Source: Chiloscyllium plagiosum
Lineage: Eukaryota
NCBI RefSeq assembly: GCF_004010195.1
Contig: NC_057754.1
Coordinates: forward strand, 783,318-847,317
Reading direction: 5' to 3'
DNA: 64,000 bases
A model generated the notes under the pieces. The model had not been told where the DNA came from. It saw nothing but the letters and a program-made list of their open reading frames with translations, and ran no database searches. Every line of letters starts with the position of its first letter. The stretch's first letter is position 1. Below are positions 49,760-60,939 of this stretch, piece after piece. Both the position numbers and the translations under genes were made by a program.

Positions 49760-49975
49760 CAAAATATTGTCAATACTGGAAATCCCAAACGTAAACAGAA
49801 TGTTGGAAAAACTCAGCAGGTCTGGCAGCATCTATGGAGAGAGAAAAACAGAGTTAATGTTTCAAGTCCTGTATGACTGTTCCTTAGGATAGTTCTGAAG
49901 AGTCATGTCAACTCAAAATGTGAACGTATTCTCTCTCTACTGCTGAGTTTCTCCAGCATTCTCTGTGTTTGTTTC
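49760..49975. mobile_element. Older palindromic Penelope-type element, degenerate hammerheads
   Basis: ggaaaaactcagcaggtctggcagcatct...ctgctgagtttctccagca inverted arms, similar to 47193-47421. Confidence 0.75.
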
Positions 49976-50652
49976 TTATTCTGGCACAACCGAGCTGGCA
50001 TTGAACCTGCTCCCTGGTGGGTGTCCTTCTCCAGGTTATGTCAATTGCCTGACTGATCAGAGATTGGGATAGTGCTGAGAAGAAAGCCGCCAGACTTGCT
50101 CTGGCTACCGTTTCTGTGGGTAACCTCACAACAGGATGCATGCTCCCTCTTGTGGTAGAATTGTTACAGAACGGAGGGAGGCCATTTAATCCATCATGTT
50201 TGTGCCAGTCGGCCTAAGGATCAATTCAGGTAGTGCCCCCCCTTCCCATCCTTCTCCTCAAGTACCCCTCTTCAGAAATTTAGAATGTTTCCAGAAAGAG
50301 GCTAGTTTGTCCAGCATGGCCAAGAAACAAGCCACTTTGTCAAAACTATTTCCCAGCACTTGGTTCGTGTCATGGATGCTACAGTCCTGAGTTTCCACTA
50401 TTCAAATTACGTAGAGCACTGAATGAATTTTTCCCTAAAGGCTGCCCAAATGCTTGGCAAAATTCAAGGGGTGATCAGTTGAAGAAGTAGCACTATCCTG
50501 ATAGGTAGAATGGACAGATTTGACAAAGAGCTATTCCACCAATGAAAGGTTGGCTCTCACTGCACTTTGAAAGTATTTAAATATGTATTTAGGGACATGG
50601 TGAGGCTCCTACTGCATGGCCTGTACATTTAATAGTTTCACTAATTCCCCAG

Positions 50653-50720
50653 GAGACTGGACTGTGTGCTGATTTCCACTGCAGTGGCACCGTGGTGGCT
50701 GTTGGGCTGCAGACAGGCAG
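50653..50720 (+). CDS. EML3: EML3 WD40/TAPE exon
   Basis: ETGLCADFHCSGTVVAVGLQTG(R); ccccag / gtaact; 68 nt. Confidence 0.96.
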
Positions 50721-50764
50721 GTAACTACCACATTTTACTATCTGCTTATTTTCAACCCATCTCA

Positions 50765-52860
50765 CTGCACCAATGGACATCAGAAGATCATGCATTCTGA
50801 TGACGGGCCTCAATGTGCAGAAGACAATTTTAAAGTTTATGAATGACATGAAATTTAAAGCATTGGAAATAGTGAGGAGGACAGTGACAAGTTGGTGGAG
50901 TGGGTGGATGTGTGACATGTGGAATTCAATATCCAGAGGTGTGGGGTGATGCATTTTATATACACTTCAACTCAGTATAGGAACAGGCCCTTTGGCCCAC
51001 CAAGTCTGCACCAGTTCCTAGTCCTTATTTGTACCTGCTACTTATTGCCTATGCACAGTTTCTATCCCTCTGTTTGTCTACTGTTCATGTGTCTATCAAA
51101 GTACACTTTAAACATTGATAATATGCCTGCTTCCACCACCACCACTGGCAGTGCGTTCCAGACACCCACCCCGCATGTCTCCCCTAAACCTTCTCCTTCT
51201 CACCTTGAACCTGTGCCCTCTTGTAGTTGACCTTTCTATCCTGGGGAAAAAGCCTTTGACTATCTAACCTATCTATGCTCCTCATAATTTTGTAGACCTC
51301 TATCAGGCTCAGACTCCATCTTTCCAGTGAAAACAATCCAAGTTTATCCAAACTCTCCTCATAATTAAAACCATCCAGACCAGGCAACATTCTGATAAAC
51401 CTTCTCTGCGTTCTCTCCAAGGTATCCTGTTGGTAGGGTGACAACCAGAACTGCACAAAATATTCCAAATGTGGCTTAACAGAAGTTTTGTACAGCAATA
51501 ACATAATTTGCTGACTTTTATAGTTGATGCCCTTGCCAATGAAGGCAAGTGTGCTGTATGCTTTCATAACCACCTTATCCAGCAGTTGCCACTTTCAGGG
51601 ATCTGTGGACATGTTTGCCCAATGTCAATGCTCCAAAGTGTTCTGCCATATATTGTGTAATTTACACCTGAATTTGATCTTCCAAAATGCATCACCTCAC
51701 ATTTGTCCAAATTAAACTCCATCTACTGTTTTTCTGCCCAAGTCTACAATCTATCTATATCCCACAGTATCCTTTGACAATCCTCCTGATTATCTGCAAC
51801 TCCACCAATTTTGATATTAATCAGACCACCTACTTTTTTGCACCAGATCATTTATATATATTACAAACAACAAAGGTCCCAGCACTGACCCTACTGTCTT
51901 GTCTACCTTTAATGAATTTAAAGACACCCACCACTTCCTCCTTCATTATGTTGTGGAGGTACCAGTGTTGGACTGGGGTGGACAAAGTTAAAAATCACAC
52001 AACACCAGCTTCCTGATGAAGGAGCCAAAAGCTAGTATTTCCAGGTAGAGCTGTTGGACTATAACCTGGTGTTGTGTGATTTTAACTTCATTATGTTGAT
52101 CTGACTTTGGTAGAAAGAACTTTGAAAGACAATACATTAGGAGATACAATTCTAAAAAGGGGTGCTGGAGCAGAGGGACTTGGCTGTATATGTGCACAGA
52201 TCATCAAAGGTAGCAGAACTGATAGGGAGAGCAGTTGATAATAGAGTATCCTCAGCATTACTAATAGGAGCATAGAGTTCAAGATCCGGTAATGCTGAAC
52301 TTGTATAAGACACTTGTTAGACCTCAATTGGAGTATTGTGTACAGCTCTGGGTGCTACATTATGAGATGGATGTGTACACTTTGGAGAAAGGGTGGAAGA
52401 GATTTACAAGAATGGTTCAACGAATGAGAAACTTCAGCTATATATGTAGACAGGAGAGGTTGGTTCTCCTTGGAGAGAAGAAGGCTAAGAGGAGATCTGA
52501 TAGGGGTTTTCAAAATTATGAAGGAACTGAATAGAGTAGATGGGGGAAAAAGTGTTCCTGTTAGTAAAAGGAACAGGGGACAGACACTTAAAATGATTTG
52601 CAAAAGAAGCAAATGTGCTGAGGGGAAAAAGAAACACTTTTTTGCACAAGTGGTTAAGGTCCGGAATACACTGCCCGGAAGTGTGGTGAAGGTAGGTATA
52701 ATTGAGGCATTCAAGAGGGCATTGGACACTTAAATAAAAACAATGTAAAACGAATAAGGGAAAGTTAGGAGGATGGGACTAAGTCATGATGTTTGTTTGT
52801 TGGAGAGCCAGTGCAGACACAGTGGGCCAAATGGCAGCCTTCTATGCCTTGACATTTCTG
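50765..52860. mobile_element. Plus-strand CR1 3' fragment split by a minus-strand CR1 (~50960-51895) and a short element
   Basis: MEFNIQRCGVMHF ... [17 protein letters not shown] on +; KPHLEYFVQFWLSPY on -. Confidence 0.85.
51954..52085. mobile_element. Short Penelope-type element (AGCT hammerhead family), 13-bp TSD
   Basis: CTTCATTATGTTG at 51941-51953 and 52086-52098; CTGATGAAGGAGC...AAAGCTAG with stem II deleted. Confidence 0.8.
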
Positions 52861-53126
52861 TAACTCTGAATGAGGTAGTGATGGCTTTCAGTGACATTAA
52901 CTATTGAAAGGTGGGAAAACTCTGAGATGTATTCTCAGCACAATTCCCTCTGTCCCCATTATTAGGTCTGAATACTTTCAATGCTGGATCAATATGTTCT
53001 TTGTGGAATGATTATAAATCTCATTACACTGAAACAAGAAATTGTGACACACACTTTTCCTCTCTGTCCTGACCCCCATTTCTCTAGTTGCAAATGATTT
53101 TTTGTGGGTTTTTTTCTCCCCCACAG

Positions 53127-53215
53127 GTGGGTAGTTCTGGATTGTGAAACACAGGATCTGGTTTCCAGTACTGTCGATGGAAATGAGCAGCTCTCGGTGG
53201 TGCGCTATTCCCCAG
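53127..53215 (+). CDS. EML3: EML3 WD40/TAPE exon
   Basis: WVVLDCETQDLVSSTVDGNEQLSVVRYSP; ccacag / gtaatc; 89 nt. Confidence 0.97.
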
Positions 53216-53629
53216 GTAATCTCACATTGTGAACTGTCACTCACACCAACTGGCATTCTCAGATATTGCAAGCTTGCTGAGTGGTAGCAGCCCTGCCCTC
53301 CCCATGAACCTGGGAGCTTCGAGCAGTCTTGGTGAATTGATTTTCAGTAACAGCGAGCAGTAGGCTCACCGATGGAGAGGACAGGAGGATTTAGCATAGT
53401 TAACCAGTGTCCCTCAGGATCATTTTTAGTCAATCTACCAAGCATTCTCGCCTTCATATGTGAGCCTGTGCAGTCAATGTGTTTTGTCATGGAGAGGTGG
53501 TAGCATGGATATTGCAGCCAAGCCAACACAAAGCTGGATGCGGTTGAGTAGGCACCCAGCTCATCACCATCGACAAGCCCTCCCAAAAACCAGTTATTGC
53601 ATGTGCATTAATTTTTTATATTCCAACAG

Positions 53630-53727
53630 ATGGTAATTTCTTGGCAATAGGATCACATGACAACTACATTTACCTCTACACTGTCAGCGAGAATGGTCGG
53701 AAGTATAACCGGTTTGGCAGGTGCATG
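53630..53727 (+). CDS. EML3: EML3 WD40/TAPE exon
   Basis: (D)GNFLAIGSHDNYIYLYTVSENGRKYNRFGRCM; caacag / gtaaga; 98 nt. Confidence 0.97.
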
Positions 53728-54508
53728 GTAAGAACATCAATTTATATTAAACTTGAAATGTTCTGATGGTCCTTCCTTTTCCTAATCTATTTTTTAGCTC
53801 TTTCCCTGTCCACTGTTTGGGAAACAATGGGTCTACTTAGAGCAGCAAAGCCATTTCTAATGTCTTCCTGTGATAAGCCCAGGAATAGTGCTCTCATCTT
53901 TTATCCTACATTTCCCTCCCGCTATTGCCACTTCCTAGATTGGGATCTGATCTGCTTCAATTCACCATTCCATTTCCGCTTTTCCTCACCTTGTCCGTCT
54001 CACTGTTCACCAAAGGCAGTTCAAGTTACCCTTCTATGGGCATGTTGAGGGTCTGGCATCTTGCCCAAGAGATCATCCTTCCATGTGTAAGGCTAGGTAG
54101 TAAAATGATAATAACCAGGAGACAGGCAGCAGAAGATGATCTCCTACTCAATATTGTAATTCACAACAACATGTGAGGGTATGTGTGTATAGAATATACA
54201 TGTCGTGTATTTCATGTAGGTGAATGTCCCAAGCCTCTTCATTGTCAACATTTCATTGACAAAGCTGCAAATATCATGCAAACAGTTTTTAAGAGTAGAT
54301 GATCAAAAACTTAGTAAACAGGTTATGAGGACCATCATAAAGTTTTTAAGTCCTGATGTGGGCCTGGCTCCTGAACTAACATTCATGACACATGGTCCAC
54401 AGAGACTATGTTGAAGTGTTAAGTTCTGCATTGAATAAGTGTGTGATGGTTGGTGTTATTTTTGATGATGACTCACTATAACCCCATACCTTTCTTGCTT
54501 ATACTTAG

Positions 54509-54596
54509 GGTCATTCGAGCTTCATCACTCACCTGGACTGGTCTCAAGACAGCCACTTCATCATGTCCAATTCTGGAGACTATGAGATCCTCTACT
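54509..54596 (+). CDS. EML3: EML3 WD40/TAPE exon
   Basis: GHSSFITHLDWSQDSHFIMSNSGDYEILY; acttag / gtaagt; 88 nt. Confidence 0.97.
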
Positions 54597-55156
54597 GTAA
54601 GTAGAGAAGTTTCCAGATCATCTAGGTTTTTCCCAAAACCAGCACTGCAATGCCCTCAAACCCATGTTATAAAGGAGGGCATGGCTTTCTTTATGGTTTG
54701 GTGGCAGCAGTAATGGTGCTAAGCTGGGCCTTGGTACCTCTAGTTGGGGTGCGGAGGAAGATTTGGTGGGGCATTCTGCTTTTGGTCTAGTTGTATGTCA
54801 CGGATATGAGATGAGACCGGCCTTGAGCCCAGTCAGTTCACTTTCTGTCATACCTCTGAGGAATCAATATCATCAAAGGAGATGGAAACACTTACTAGAT
54901 TTGGGATGATCTCCTGTGTATGAGGTCTGTATCTCAGTGAGTCAGTGGACTGTCTATGTGGTAAGTAGTGAAGACATTATTATTTAGTCTGTAGTTTGTA
55001 ACTCACAATTGATGAAGGGGCTTTGCTGTCCTTCGTCTCTGTGATATCAGCAGATTTCCATCAAACCTGACTGGAAAGAAAAAGGAAAACAATGTCTGTT
55101 TGAACAGGCAGTAACTCCAAGTAATTTATTCTTGGTATTGGCATTCTGTTTTACAG

Positions 55157-55255
55157 GGGACATCGGGGCAGGATGTAAACTACTCAGAAATCGTTATGAG
55201 TGCAAGGATCTGGAGTGGGTCTCATATACCTGTGTCTTGGGATTCCATGTTTTTG
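55157..55255 (+). CDS. EML3: EML3 WD40/TAPE exon
   Basis: (W)DIGAGCKLLRNRYECKDLEWVSYTCVLGFHVF; ttacag / gtaagg; 99 nt. Confidence 0.97.
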
Positions 55256-55544
55256 GTAAGGATGATAGTCTTGGACAGTGGTGGGAGCAATGGGAGAGGG
55301 TTTAAAGAAATGCATGAGAATTCTATAGTCAGTGGATGGGGTGAAGAATATGTGAGGGCTATAAGAACACCTCCCTCATGAAGCAGGGACATATCTCAGT
55401 GCTGGGGTGAATCTAACACGAAATTAACCAGCTCTGACTTTAGACTGCCCAAGTCATTAGGTTGGGCAGCTCCTAGGTGGGCTTCTAAAGCCAATGCTCT
55501 GCAATGAAGATGATTTCACAATGGACTGTTACAATCAAGTGCTT

Positions 55545-55935
55545 AGGACATGGGACTTTGGAGTAGAAGTAGGCCCCTCCAGCCTGCTCCCCAATTCAAT
55601 AAGATTGTGGCTGATCTGCTTGTGGTCTTAACTCCACTTTCCTGTCTATCCATCTCACCAGTCTGCTCAGGATTTTACTGTTTCAATAAGATCATGTCTT
55701 GTTCTTCTAAACTCTAACATCCAACCCACTTAAGCTTTCATCTGAAAAGTAGACTTTCATCTGAGGAATGAATCAAGTGAACAATTGCTGAACTGCTTCT
55801 GATGCAGTTATGTCCTTTTCCAAACAAGGAAACCAAAACAATGCATAGTACTCCAGACGTGGTCTCACCAACACCTTAGACAACTGCTCTAAGCATTCCT
55901 ATTTTTATATTCATTTCCCCTAGCAATAAATGTAA
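55545..55935 (-). mobile_element. Old CR1 3' fragment
   Basis: ggagtagaagtaggcc...tagtactccagacgtggtctcacc reverse-complement signature. Confidence 0.7.
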
Positions 55936-56296
55936 CTAGTACAGATTCACTTCTCCCTTACACTGGCAAATTTAAACCTCCCGAAGAAAAAGTGCAGAGA
56001 ATATTTACTAGACAAACTAGAGATGGGAGACTTTAGTTAATGTGGAGAAATTGGAAAGTGAGACCATGACCAGTGGGGGAGGAGACCTGAAGGGCCAAAT
56101 AGCCTGCCCATGCTGCTATAACTATGGGAAAAGGAGAGGGGTAAAGAGAGATTGGTAATCATTGGAGAGATCGTTTAAAAAGCTGGCACAGGCACAATGA
56201 TGTTATGAATTCCAACAGCCTTTCTCCTTACTGCGAACTGTCAAGCAGTTTGAATAACACTGGGAGCTTTTTTTTTTGCTTTTTGTCTTGCTGCAG

Positions 56297-56427
56297 GGGT
56301 CTGGCCAGATGGTTCTGATGGGACAGACATTAATGCACTGTGCCGCTCTCACAATGAGCGCACAGTGGCTGTGGCTGACGATTTCTGCAAAGTTCATCTC
56401 TTTCAGTATCCATGTGCGAAACCTAAG
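56297..56427 (+). CDS. EML3: EML3 WD40/TAPE exon
   Basis: (G)VWPDGSDGTDINALCRSHNERTVAVADDFCKVHLFQYPCAKPK; ctgcag / gtcagt; 131 nt. Confidence 0.97.
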
Positions 56428-56444
56428 GTCAGTCAGTGTTGATG

Positions 56445-56672
56445 AGAGAAATAAAAAGAGAAATTGCTGGAAAAACTCAGCAGGTCTGGCAGTATCTGTA
56501 GAAAGGAATTAGTGTTTATGTTTCAGGTCCAGTGACTTTTCTTCAGTATGTGGGGTTCTGATGAAGGATCGCTGGACCCAAAACATTAACTCTGATTTCT
56601 GTCCACAGATGCTGTCAAACTTGTTGAGTTTTCTAATTTCCAGCATCCACAGTGCTTTCGGTTCTTTTTGTT
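56445..56672. mobile_element. Palindromic Penelope-type element ~20 nt after an exon donor
   Basis: Same family as 47193; + arm GTT-CTGATGA-A-GGATC-GCTG-GACCC-AAAA-CA-TT-AAC (G12 mutated). Confidence 0.8.
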
Positions 56673-58466
56673 CAGTTGTGGTGAGTGTTTCTTTGCAATT
56701 TCAGCATCACAAAACACTGGGTGGATCCCCCCAACCAGATCCCAAACTGCTTCATCCTTCCTCCAGATCACAGCTGATTTATGACTCAACATCACTTGAC
56801 TTTGCTTCATAATCTTCTAATGGCCCTTGTCTATCAAAAATCAGTGATGAAAATACCCAAAGCCTTTTGGAGTCCAGAAGTTCTAGACTTTCAAAACTAT
56901 TTATGAGAGAGAGGTTTGTTCCGTGATTTCTCTAGAACGCTAATTGATGAGAACAAGCACCCAGTATGACGCTTTCATCCTGTCAATGTGAGAGCAGGAC
57001 AGATCATTTCAAGAATGAGATAGCCAAGCACGGAAGGGTTTAGTGGACTAATGGCACAACATTGTTGAGTATTAGGATCCGCACCATCCATCTCTCTCTT
57101 GCTCTCTGTCTGTCTGCATACAGAGAGTCTGTGTGGGAAGAAGCCAGTTGGCAGTGATATTCATGCAGGCTACTGCCCAAAAGCAGCGCCTGCCACACGC
57201 AGAATTGAGAAAGAGCCAGAAAGGGAAATGTTTGGATGACCACAGAAGATGCCTTTCCTGTTTTGCTTATGTGGTGGAAACAGATTTTAATCCAGGTGCT
57301 GTGAGGAGATGCCTGAGGTGTCCTTCCACATATTAACCAAAGCAGCTTTGTAAAGGGAAGTGGGTACCCAATTCACATTCACCCACTGTCCCACCCCGCC
57401 CTCCACTACAGCCACCATTGGGCACCAGTACTGTGTAACAAACAGCAGGGACAGATAGCACTGCAATAGGGTTGGACTGTGACGCCTTCCAATGTTGAAT
57501 AAGGGTCTGGGTCTGTACATATCAAATGGTACTGGATATTAAAGGTACCATGGGTGGCCAGTTCCTGTGCAACTGTGCCAGGGTCAGAACGGAGCCTTTG
57601 AGAAGCAGAATAAAAAGCTGCATTGAAACATTACAAACCACTTCTCTTCTGTGGCTGGATGCACTATAATGATCACTGTGATCATTTCTGAGCCGTGTGG
57701 GGAAAGGCAGACAGCAGCCTGGGCTATTTAAATACAGGCATAGAGTAGAAAAGCCAGAATTTATGTTAAGCCTTTCTAAGTCACTGTATTAGACTTCAGT
57801 GAGAGTATTGGATCTAAAATTTTGTTCATTATTCATTGAGTGTTTATGACTAGGCCCACCCCTTAAGAATAACCACATTGCTTTGGGTATGGAGTCACAG
57901 GTAGACCAGACTGGATAAGGACAGCAGATTTCATTCCTTCAAAGACATTAGTGACACCAGGGTTTTACGTCAATTCACCCTGGTTACATGCTAACCATTA
58001 GATCAGTTTTTAACATTACACAATTTTGTTGAATTCAAATTTTACCAGCTGGGATTTTAATCTCTGCCCCCCAGAATACAACCAAGGTCTCTGGATTACT
58101 AGTCCAGTGACATTAATACCACGCTGCCACTTCTCAATTCTGGACCCCACCCTTTTGGTAGGATTTTGAAACTTCAGAGGGTACGGAGGAAATCTGTTAA
58201 AATAGGACCACGGTTGAAAGATTTTTATGAATGTGGAAAGACCAGAGAAGTGGAATTGTTCTCCTTAAAGCACAGAGAGTTAAATGGGAGATCTGACCAA
58301 TGCTACACTGGAATACATTTCTTAATTTCCATCAACAAGTTGATTTGGTTTTAATGTAACTGCATTTGGTGCCTGCAGAGGGTAGTACTGAGCTTCTCCC
58401 TTATTCCTAACACTGCCCCACGCAGGCACTCTGTGTTATTACTGTGTTTTGGCCTGGTTACCTAAT

Positions 58467-58563
58467 TCTGGATCAGTGGTGCTGGAAGAGCACAGCAGTT
58501 CAGGCAGCATCCAAGGAGCTTCGAAATCGACGTTTCGGGCAAAAGCCCTTCGTCAGGAATAAA
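58467..58563 (-). mobile_element. ~100-bp Penelope-derived insertion, TSD ACCTAAT
   Basis: ACCTAAT at 58460-58466 and 58564-58570; CpGs retained. Confidence 0.88.
58525..58560 (-). ncRNA. Minimal type-I hammerhead ribozyme motif, intact core and stem II
   Basis: Minus strand: ATTC-CTGACGA-A-GGGC-TTTT-GCCC-GAAA-CG-TC-GATT; GUC cleavage triplet ending at 58529. Confidence 0.8.
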
Positions 58564-58742
58564 ACCTAATGTCTTGGCTTCCTGGACAGGATATTCGGTT
58601 GCAATAAGCCAGTTTGGATGTCACTATTTTATGTGACATAGGGAAGTTGTTGTTAGTGAAATGTGACTCATCCAGAACTACCTGTATTGATATGGTACCT
58701 GATAATGCAGCACAGTGTTCCAATGTGCTGGATATAAAAGGA

Positions 58743-58941
58743 CAATGTGGAGGAGCCAGTGTTGGACTGGTGTGGACAAAGTTAAAAATCACATAACACC
58801 AGATTATAGCCCAACAGGTTTATTTGGAAGCACTAGCTTTTGGAACGCTATCCTTCGTCTGATGAAGGAGCAGCACTCCAAAAGCTAGTGCTTCTAAATA
58901 AACCTTTTGGATTATAACCCTGGTGTTGTGTGATTTTTCAC
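58743..58941. mobile_element. Palindromic Penelope-type element (AGCT hammerhead family)
   Basis: Inverted arms aaaaatcac...cactagcttt / aaagctagtg...gtgattttt; CTGATGA-A-GGAGC-AGC-ACTCC-AAAA-GC-TA at 58859-58887; imperfect TSD GATATAAA(A)GGA. Confidence 0.82.
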
Positions 58942-59433
58942 GATATAAAGGAAGGCATAGGTGTAGTGATGTCACTAACTGATCCTCTAGGGACATGACC
59001 GGTGATAAAATCTGAATTCAGCAAACAAAGTCTAGTCAAAAACCCATCTGTGTCATTAATGCCCTTTAGGGAAGTAAACTGCCATTCTTACATGGTCTAG
59101 GCGATAATGTGACTCCAGACCCACCCTTGACTCTTAAGGGCACTCTGAAATGGCCTGGCAAGACAGTTAGTTGCATCTAAACGTTACAGATATTCAATAA
59201 AAGCAATGGAATTAAATGGACCATGATTCATAAACCAAGGTGCTGGAAATAACACCATAGTCTTGTCAACCCTGTATTTATGCACAACATAAACAGCACT
59301 GCACCCATTTCAACATAACAAAATAGGTGACAGCCATTCTCTGGTTTATTTCTCAGGACATGCCTCGACCAATGAAAGTCATGTGCCTTGTTTAAAATTT
59401 AAACAAAGCTTGGCAGTTAACTGGTAATCATCA

Positions 59434-59607
59434 TTCGAGATTGTGGTGCTGGAAAAGCACAGCAGGTTAGGCAGGATCTAAGGAGGAGGAGAGTCGACAT
59501 TACAGGCAAAAGCTCTTCTTCAGGATGGCTCCTCAGATGCTGCTGTTGTGCTGTTGTGCTTTTCCAGCACCACACTCTCGACTCTAATCTGCAGTCCTCA
59601 CTTTCAC
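59434..59607. mobile_element. Short inverted Penelope-derived insertion
   Basis: gtggtgctggaaaagcac / gtgctttccagcaccac arms; CTGG(T/C)AATCATCA duplicated at 59421-59433 and 59608-59620. Confidence 0.8.
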
Positions 59608-60225
59608 CTGGCAATCATCAGTAACTAGTGCATTTTACAAGCAACATCCCTACCAATCAGAGTCCACTTTATCAACTAATCAGCACTCTCCTCTTATACA
59701 ATAAATATTATTTTTCCCATTTCATTGGTTTACTTGGGATTGGTCCTGATGAGCACAAGATGAAAAACTTTGAGAAAAGTATATTTTTCAGCAATACTAA
59801 CATTCTGTTCTACCAAACAGCTATTTGAGTGACCTGCTCAGTGATGCTCTGTTTGGGTTCTGTCAGAGCCACACACCTCATTTGTAGCCTTGGCTGAAAC
59901 ATTATCAATAGAGCTAAACTTTAGACATGAGGTGGTAGTGACTGTCCTTGTGTTTGACCAAGTCTTTCATTAAGGAACACAATAAAAATTGGAGTCAGTG
60001 GGAATCAGGGGAAAATTTTCTGCTGGTTGTAGTCATACTTGGCATAAAGAAAGATGGTTGTGGTTTTTTGGACATCAGTCATCTCAGCTCCAGGACATCT
60101 GCACAGATGTTCCTCAGGGTACTGTCCTAGACCCAACCATCTTCAGTTGCTTCATTAGTAATCTTGCTGATGATTGCTGGTAATTGGCAAATAACGTGCA
60201 CTATGCAAGTGCCAGACATGACTGT

Positions 60226-60460
60226 TTAGCTCAGTTGGCCAGGTGGCTCAGTTGTTGGACAGCTGGTTTGTAATGTAGAGTGATGCCAGAAGAGTGGGTT
60301 CAATTCCTGCACTGACTGAAATCATCATGAAGATCCACCTTCTCAATCTCGCTCCTCAACTGAGGCATGGTGACCCTCAGGTTAAAATCACCACCAGTAG
60401 TTTCTCTTTAATAAGAGAGCAGTCCTATGATCATCTGGAACTGTGGCAGCTTGACTTTAA
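60226..60460 (+). mobile_element. tRNA-derived SINE (fourth family)
   Basis: A-box-like TAGCTCAGTTGG and B-box-like GGTTCAATTCC; not a complete cloverleaf. Confidence 0.6.
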
Positions 60461-60735
60461 ATGTACTTGCCTAACGAGGACCATTTCAGAAGACTGCAAG
60501 TGGTGCCACCTTGTCGATTAAAACGACCTCAGTGAGACAAAATTAATGTTCCCAAGGAGCCCCGAGCATTATACCTTCTTTACTGTTCTTTTGAACAAAT
60601 CTGTGCAGTAACATCCAGCTCTCTGAATTAATGAGAATCAAGGAATATCAGTTAAGGTCCTACACTCTGAACTGTTACTGGAAAATTTCCAAACATGTGA
60701 AGACTCTAAGTTTCTTAAATTTTCTTTGTTTGTAG

Positions 60736-60939
60736 GCACCCAGCCATGTATATGGTGGACATGGCAGTCATGTGACTAATGTCCGTTTCACACACAGTGA
60801 CACTCACCTGATTTCAACAGGGGGCAAGGACACAACTGTGATGCAGTGGCGCATGATGAACAGCAGCCTTGAACGCAGCACTTCCATCTCATCCACTTCT
60901 GTCTCCTCGCTGGACATCCCTTCAGGAGGCAATGTTTGA
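60736..60939 (+). CDS. EML3: EML3 last coding exon
   Basis: ttgtag|APSHVYGGHGSHVTNVRFTHSDTHLISTGGKDTTVMQWRMMNSSLERSTSISSTSVSSLDIPSGGNV-TGA (60937-60939). Confidence 0.96.
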   Translation, partial: APSHVYGGHGSHVTNVRFTHSDTHLISTGGKDTTVMQWRMMNSSLERSTSISSTSVSSLDIPSGGNV

